NCBI GenBank assembly: GCA_031267375.1
Contig: JAIRZE010000086.1
Location: 1-38,741, forward strand
Reading direction: 5' to 3'
DNA: 38,741 bases
DNA from: Rickettsiales bacterium
GTDB taxonomy: Bacteria; Pseudomonadota; Alphaproteobacteria; Rs-D84
The notes beneath the pieces are model-generated. The model saw only the letters and a program-made list of their open reading frames with translations, was not told where the DNA came from and did no database searches. Every line of letters starts with the position of its first letter. The stretch's first letter is position 1. Positions 35,301 to 38,741 of this stretch are shown piece after piece. The position numbers were made by a program, and so were the translations under genes.

Positions 35301-37583
35301 AGTTATTAATCCAGTATCCGGATTCTGGGTTATAGAGTTCCCGCCGCCGCCCGTTGTTATCGCCGAAAATTGCAAGTACTGATCGTTTATCGTGGTTATA
35401 TTATATGTTCCCAAACTGGTCGCGACAGTTTGCACCAGTCCGTTCTGAAACTTTAACACATTGCCGTAAATTGCGCGCACCATTCCGGTTATGATTCCGT
35501 TTTCATCATCAACATAAACCTGGCCCAGGCCAATCGTTCCGCCGCCCGCAGCGACATTGACTGTATCCAATTGCAATGCCCCCAAATCGTTTCCTATTTT
35601 CAAAGACAGCGATGCTGCATTGTCCGCCGATAAATTGCCGAATGAAAAAGATTGATAGCTGCTTGACGATTGCGCAAGATTTATTACTGAATTCGCAAAG
35701 TGATAATTCGTGCTGCTGCCGAAACTGGTCGCGCCAAAAGTTATGTCAGAATCATTGAATGTTATCTGATTGCTTTCCCCGTTCGTTATATCGTTTTGCA
35801 GATTAAACATCGCGCCGTGAAAATTCACCGCCGCGCCGGTTCCTTCAAACGCTATCCCGGCAGCCGCAAGGTTTGCGGCGGCCGCGACATTCACGCGCGA
35901 TGACGATGTTGAATAAAAATTCAGGGTTGAGTTATCCAGCATACTGGCGTTGAAATAAAATCTTTTCGCGCTGGAATTTATATTCGCCGTGCCGCCGAAA
36001 TTATTCAACCCGCCGAACATAACGCCGGATGAATTCAATGTAGCGCCGGCCGCTTGATTAAAGGCGCCGGTGTATCCGAAACTCTGACTGCCTGCATTCA
36101 AATTGAAGGCAGTGCCGGTGCCCTGATTAATTACCCCCAGCCCCCCTATTCCGTCATTGATATTTACAATTCCGGTCCCCAGTATGTTTATAATTGCATT
36201 ATTCGTCGCCTGATAAATATCCGCCCCGTTTGCAGAAGACGCTGCATAGTTGTTTCCGAACGTTATGCCATTTGTTCCGGTATTCAGATTAATAACGCCG
36301 AACCCGTCATTATAAATAGCTCCGCCATATGTCGCACCGTTGCCCCAAAACAAAGTTCCGTCGCTTATATCCAGACCGGTGGCATTAAAGCGCCCATTGG
36401 CCCTGTAATTATAAATTGCGCCGCCGTTTGCGCTTGCATAATTGTTTGTAAAATTGCCGCTGACGGAATGGTGCAAAACCGCTTGGCCGGGATTGATATT
36501 GCTGTAAATAGCGCCGCCGACAGTCGCTTTGTTGCCGTCAAAATTCCCGGAAATATTATATTCAATAGTTCCGCCATAAGGAGAATATTGGTTGCCGTTG
36601 ACTTTGTAAATCGCGCCGCCGTTTTGCGATGCATAGTTGCCGTAAAAGTTTCCGTCTATTACCACATTTATATTCGTGCTGCCGCCGTTTATCTCGGTCG
36701 CTATCGCGCCGCCGTTTGTCGCTTGATTTTGCACGAATTGACCGCCGGAAATATTCAGATTATTTATAGTCGGATCGTTTCCGTTTATAACGGAAAAATA
36801 AATCGCGCCGCCCCAATTCGCCGCATAGTTTTGATAATAAGTATATCCCGTCGCGTTAAAGTCATTGACTCCATCGCCTTGGGAATTGTTGTAAATGAAA
36901 TAAATTCCGCCGCCGTTGCCGGATACGGCCTTGTTCATTGCTATATAGTGCCCTTGGGTTCCTGTATCATCTATGACAGAGAAAACAGTCGGATTTGCAG
37001 CGCCGTATTGCAAGGAATTATTAGACGCCATATAAACCGCGCCGCCGTTTGCCGCAGCGTTGCTTGTAAAGTCGTTATCGGTCAGGATAAAATTATTATC
37101 TGCCGCGCTTTGAATCTGCGCGGCCAGGGAAACCGCGCCGCCGTTTTGCCCGCTGGAATTTCCGTAAAAATAAGTGCCGGACACGGAATAATTATGCGCG
37201 CCGATTCCGTTTCCGCCAAAGATAATTGCCCCATTCGCCGCATTGTAAATGGAAAGATTTTGAATATCGGCGGATATGTCATTATTCCAGCCCGGCGAAA
37301 ATGCCATAACATATTGCCCCAAGTACAAAGCGGTTCCGTCGGGCGTGCCGCCAACGCTGTTGATTGATAAAGATGTCCCGCTGAACGAATTCAAATAATC
37401 GCTGATGGTGATTCCGTAATTGCTGGCATTGCCGGGCAGCGGCGCGCCTGTGATGATTATGCTGGATGCGTTGCTGTTCCAAGCGCTTGCAAAATCCGCG
37501 CTGGTTATGATCGCCGCGCGCAAGGACACGGGGGCAAAGGCCGCAAGGATAAAACAGAATGCGAGTGCTTTTTGTCCGGTCAT
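32319..37583 (-). CDS. Large autotransporter adhesin with Pmp-like GGA(I/V) and FxxN repeats
   Basis: Signal peptide, about ten GGAI/GGAV plus FxxN repeats, N/G/S/T-rich passenger, C-terminal beta-barrel ending in Phe; 1754 aa. Confidence 0.88.
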   Translation of the reverse strand: MTGQKALAFCFILAAFAPVSLRAAIITSADFASAWNSNASSIIITGAPLPGNASNYGITISDYLNSFSGTSLSINSVGGTPDGTALYLGQYVMAFSPGWNNDISADIQNLSIYNAANGAIIFGGNGIGAHNYSVSGTYFYGNSSGQNGGAVSLAAQIQSAADNNFILTDNDFTSNAAANGGAVYMASNNSLQYGAANPTVFSVIDDTGTQGHYIAMNKAVSGNGGGIYFIYNNSQGDGVNDFNATGYTYYQNYAANWGGAIYFSVINGNDPTINNLNISGGQFVQNQATNGGAIATEINGGSTNINVVIDGNFYGNYASQNGGAIYKVNGNQYSPYGGTIEYNISGNFDGNKATVGGAIYSNINPGQAVLHHSVSGNFTNNYASANGGAIYNYRANGRFNATGLDISDGTLFWGNGATYGGAIYNDGFGVINLNTGTNGITFGNNYAASSANGADIYQATNNAIINILGTGIVNINDGIGGLGVINQGTGTAFNLNAGSQSFGYTGAFNQAAGATLNSSGVMFGGLNNFGGTANINSSAKRFYFNASMLDNSTLNFYSTSSSRVNVAAAANLAAAGIAFEGTGAAVNFHGAMFNLQNDITNGESNQITFNDSDITFGATSFGSSTNYHFANSVINLAQSSSSYQSFSFGNLSADNAASLSLKIGNDLGALQLDTVNVAAGGGTIGLGQVYVDDENGIITGMVRAIYGNVLKFQNGLVQTVATSLGTYNITTINDQYLQFSAITTGGGGNSITQNPDTGLITVDTGGSGGGTTSITQDPDTGLITVDTGGGNTTVVNPGDGGTVDIPGGQVVITPGGDGESPTVNINTPDTGAATVLVLNDVNALTPTAIAATFSSATARAWQIGANEVYYNAADLDPMAAGTFSVHGANSGTRTSVLSGLNATDLSIYQSLFNVGIDDTYFTLADLTVENSTNVLTMNNANSTALLSDLLIQQNNGVALNILAGTVSVQNTDWDHNTAGAIYNNANLQISAGSFTNNTAASGGAIYNDANGTLTIYSGTSEMNFTGNVADTGAGGAIYNAGNLTLVAMSGGDIVFSENYRRSTGNDLYNSGILTFASTGGSISFNGGISGTSVGVINKDGAAILNLNGDNSQYLGAFNMSNGIVNANGNFFGGTSNINAGTLNWNADAAKDDAAVLNITGGSINLYGSLRLGNVNDLIGKAANFNLFHTGYYEIAGGTLYLGATDMLVEADGSFGAASMSDGWVIMGGKNMLVYSGAFVQTGGVIFLQNMATGYLNRNNSYNGIFGGDIVLSNSTVYAIDYTLTLGAGNGTYAQTSGNLAMGDGATFNSIDGALQTHTFAGKFALYSAINSSTTTANFAVDLDAQNFVSDVFSFSGGTAAPGDLAAPGNSATGVADTIAMGGTVILSQVNLLNSPTVAVVPFTIMESPSYDSSIQFAAGSQRVSTAVGDYGLYSLGSGNYELRLQDLNPAGPRGGVAASAVLSAQTMLNNIMFEHIFMDSNECLHCEFAPWQFERHKDGVFAKAYGGKEKLNLNQALDEISNDSFGVIAGYDFDAVSIGGRWHWVPTFYMEYNGGKQSFNGVEMTQNGAQAGLMSSWSDGDFIAAILGYGGIYNNKIQVAGTDDSVDNWFAGAAGKLAYDWRPGTQNVIIQPNLTLSYNYFGAQNWNSNYGDIAMHSDKLAGFTAIPGISAMLGMDSFNAFFSGSYVKNMMNKVKNTAGQVEMQDLTAPDSYFEYGVGLVGQVADSTSVEAKINLRSGNDISGISGHIGLSSRF

Positions 37584-37656
37584 AGAATCTCTCTTTTCTT
37601 GTACCGGATTTATTTTATATAAAAATGTTGTATGGATTTATAGGCAAATATTCTTA

Positions 37657-38725
37657 CTATCTCTGCAACAGGGAAAGCATAAAGTCATCCAGGTCCCCGT
37701 CCAGCACCGCCGCGCTGTCCGTCTTTTCCACACCGGTGCGCACATCCTTTACCAGCTGGTACGGATACAGGACATAGTTCCTGATCTGGCTGCCCCATTC
37801 TATCTTTTTCTGGGCGGCTTTTTCGGCATCCGCTTCCGCGGCGCGTTTCTGCATTTCTAATTCGTATAATTTAGACCGCAGCATCTTCATCGCCATTTCG
37901 CGGTTTTGCAGCTGTGATCGCTCGTTCTGGCACTGCACCACCGTGTTGGTCGGCAAGTGAGTTATCCGCACCGCGCTGTCCGTTTTATTAACGTGCTGGC
38001 CGCCCGCGCCCTGGGCCCGGTAAGTATCTATGCGCAGATCTTTTTCATTAATCTCTATCTCTATGGAATCGTCAATGTCGGGCCAGACATCAATGCTGGC
38101 GAAACTGGTCTGACGCTTTCCATTCGCATTAAAAGGCGAAATTCGCACCAGGCGGTGAACCCCAATCTCGTTTTTCAGCCAGCCGTACGCGCGCGGGCCG
38201 CTTATCTGAAAAGTTGCGCTTTTTATTCCGGCGGTGTCCCCCGGATGCTCTTCCACGACAGATACCGCAAAGCCGTGCCGCTCCGCCCAGCGCTGATACA
38301 TTCGCGACAGCATCTGGGCCCAGTCTTGGGCCTCGGTCCCGCCGGCGCCCGCCTGGATAAAAAGAAATGCGTCCTGGCCGTCCGCCGGACCACTGAATAA
38401 AGTGATGAATTTTGCCCTGTGCGCGGATTCCGCAAGTTTTGAAACAGCAGCGGCGACATCCAAATCTTCCGGCGCCATTTGCGCCAACTCGCGCAGGTTT
38501 TCATATTCTGTTTCCAAAGCGGCAAATTCGCCCAGGGATTTTTCCAATGCTGATTTTTTTTGCAAAAGCACGCGCGCAGAATCAGGATTGCTCCACAGGT
38601 CCGGGTTATTTGTCTGGGCGGTTAAATCGGCGATTTGGGATTTCAGGGAATCCGGGTCAAAGATACCCCCGCAGCGAAGAAACATCGCTGTCAATTTGGG
38701 CTAAAAGTTCATTTGCATTTACCAT
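37657..38725 (-). CDS. prfB: Peptide chain release factor 2 with programmed +1 frameshift
   Basis: SPF and GGQ motifs. ATG 38725 opens MVNANELLAQIDSDVSSLRGYL-TGA, and the frame shifts at CTT-TGA-C into the 345-aa ORF. Confidence 0.96.
38656..38670 (-). promoter_or_regulatory. RF2 +1 frameshift cassette
   Basis: GGGGG-TAT-CTTTGAC (internal SD plus slippery stop) on the minus strand. Confidence 0.93.
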
Positions 38726-38741
38726 AAATTGATTCTAGCAA

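Noticed and set aside
36054-37367. 437-aa + strand ORF
   Set aside because: Antisense shadow of the repetitive autotransporter passenger.
38694-38694. ORF-track start of prfB (MTAMFLRCGGIF...)
   Set aside because: Artefact of the programmed frameshift; the real start is ATG 38725.

Overview
About 1-30460 is the bulk of a temperate, short-tailed (podovirus-type) prophage. Its left end lies outside the window. Its right end is a large serine integrase whose reading frame runs into a host tRNA-Arg(CCG) gene on the minus strand. The late module on the + strand runs: terS, terL, GroES-like, portal, scaffold, major capsid, decoration protein, GroEL-like, head-tail adaptor, nozzle, GNAT, fibres, three ejection proteins, collagen fibre, lysis genes. 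It is followed by a leftward early operon carrying a C5 DNA methyltransferase, then a repressor plus Pif1-like helicase cassette, then a rightward operon ending in the integrase. The four most notable observations are: (1) a reduced phage GroEL/GroES pair embedded in the head genes; (2) a perfect 103-bp inverted repeat that makes the leftward and rightward early promoter, operator, RBS and start codon identical and brackets the repressor/helicase cassette; (3) a serum-amyloid-A-like gene paired with a small membrane-protein gene; (4) the integrase C-terminus encoded antisense to the target tRNA. About 30460-38741 is chromosome of a diderm bacterium: REP-like palindromes, a lipoprotein, aqpZ, tRNA-Phe, a 1754-aa Pmp-like autotransporter, and prfB with its programmed +1 frameshift. 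All protein family calls come from motif recognition by eye; no database search was run.
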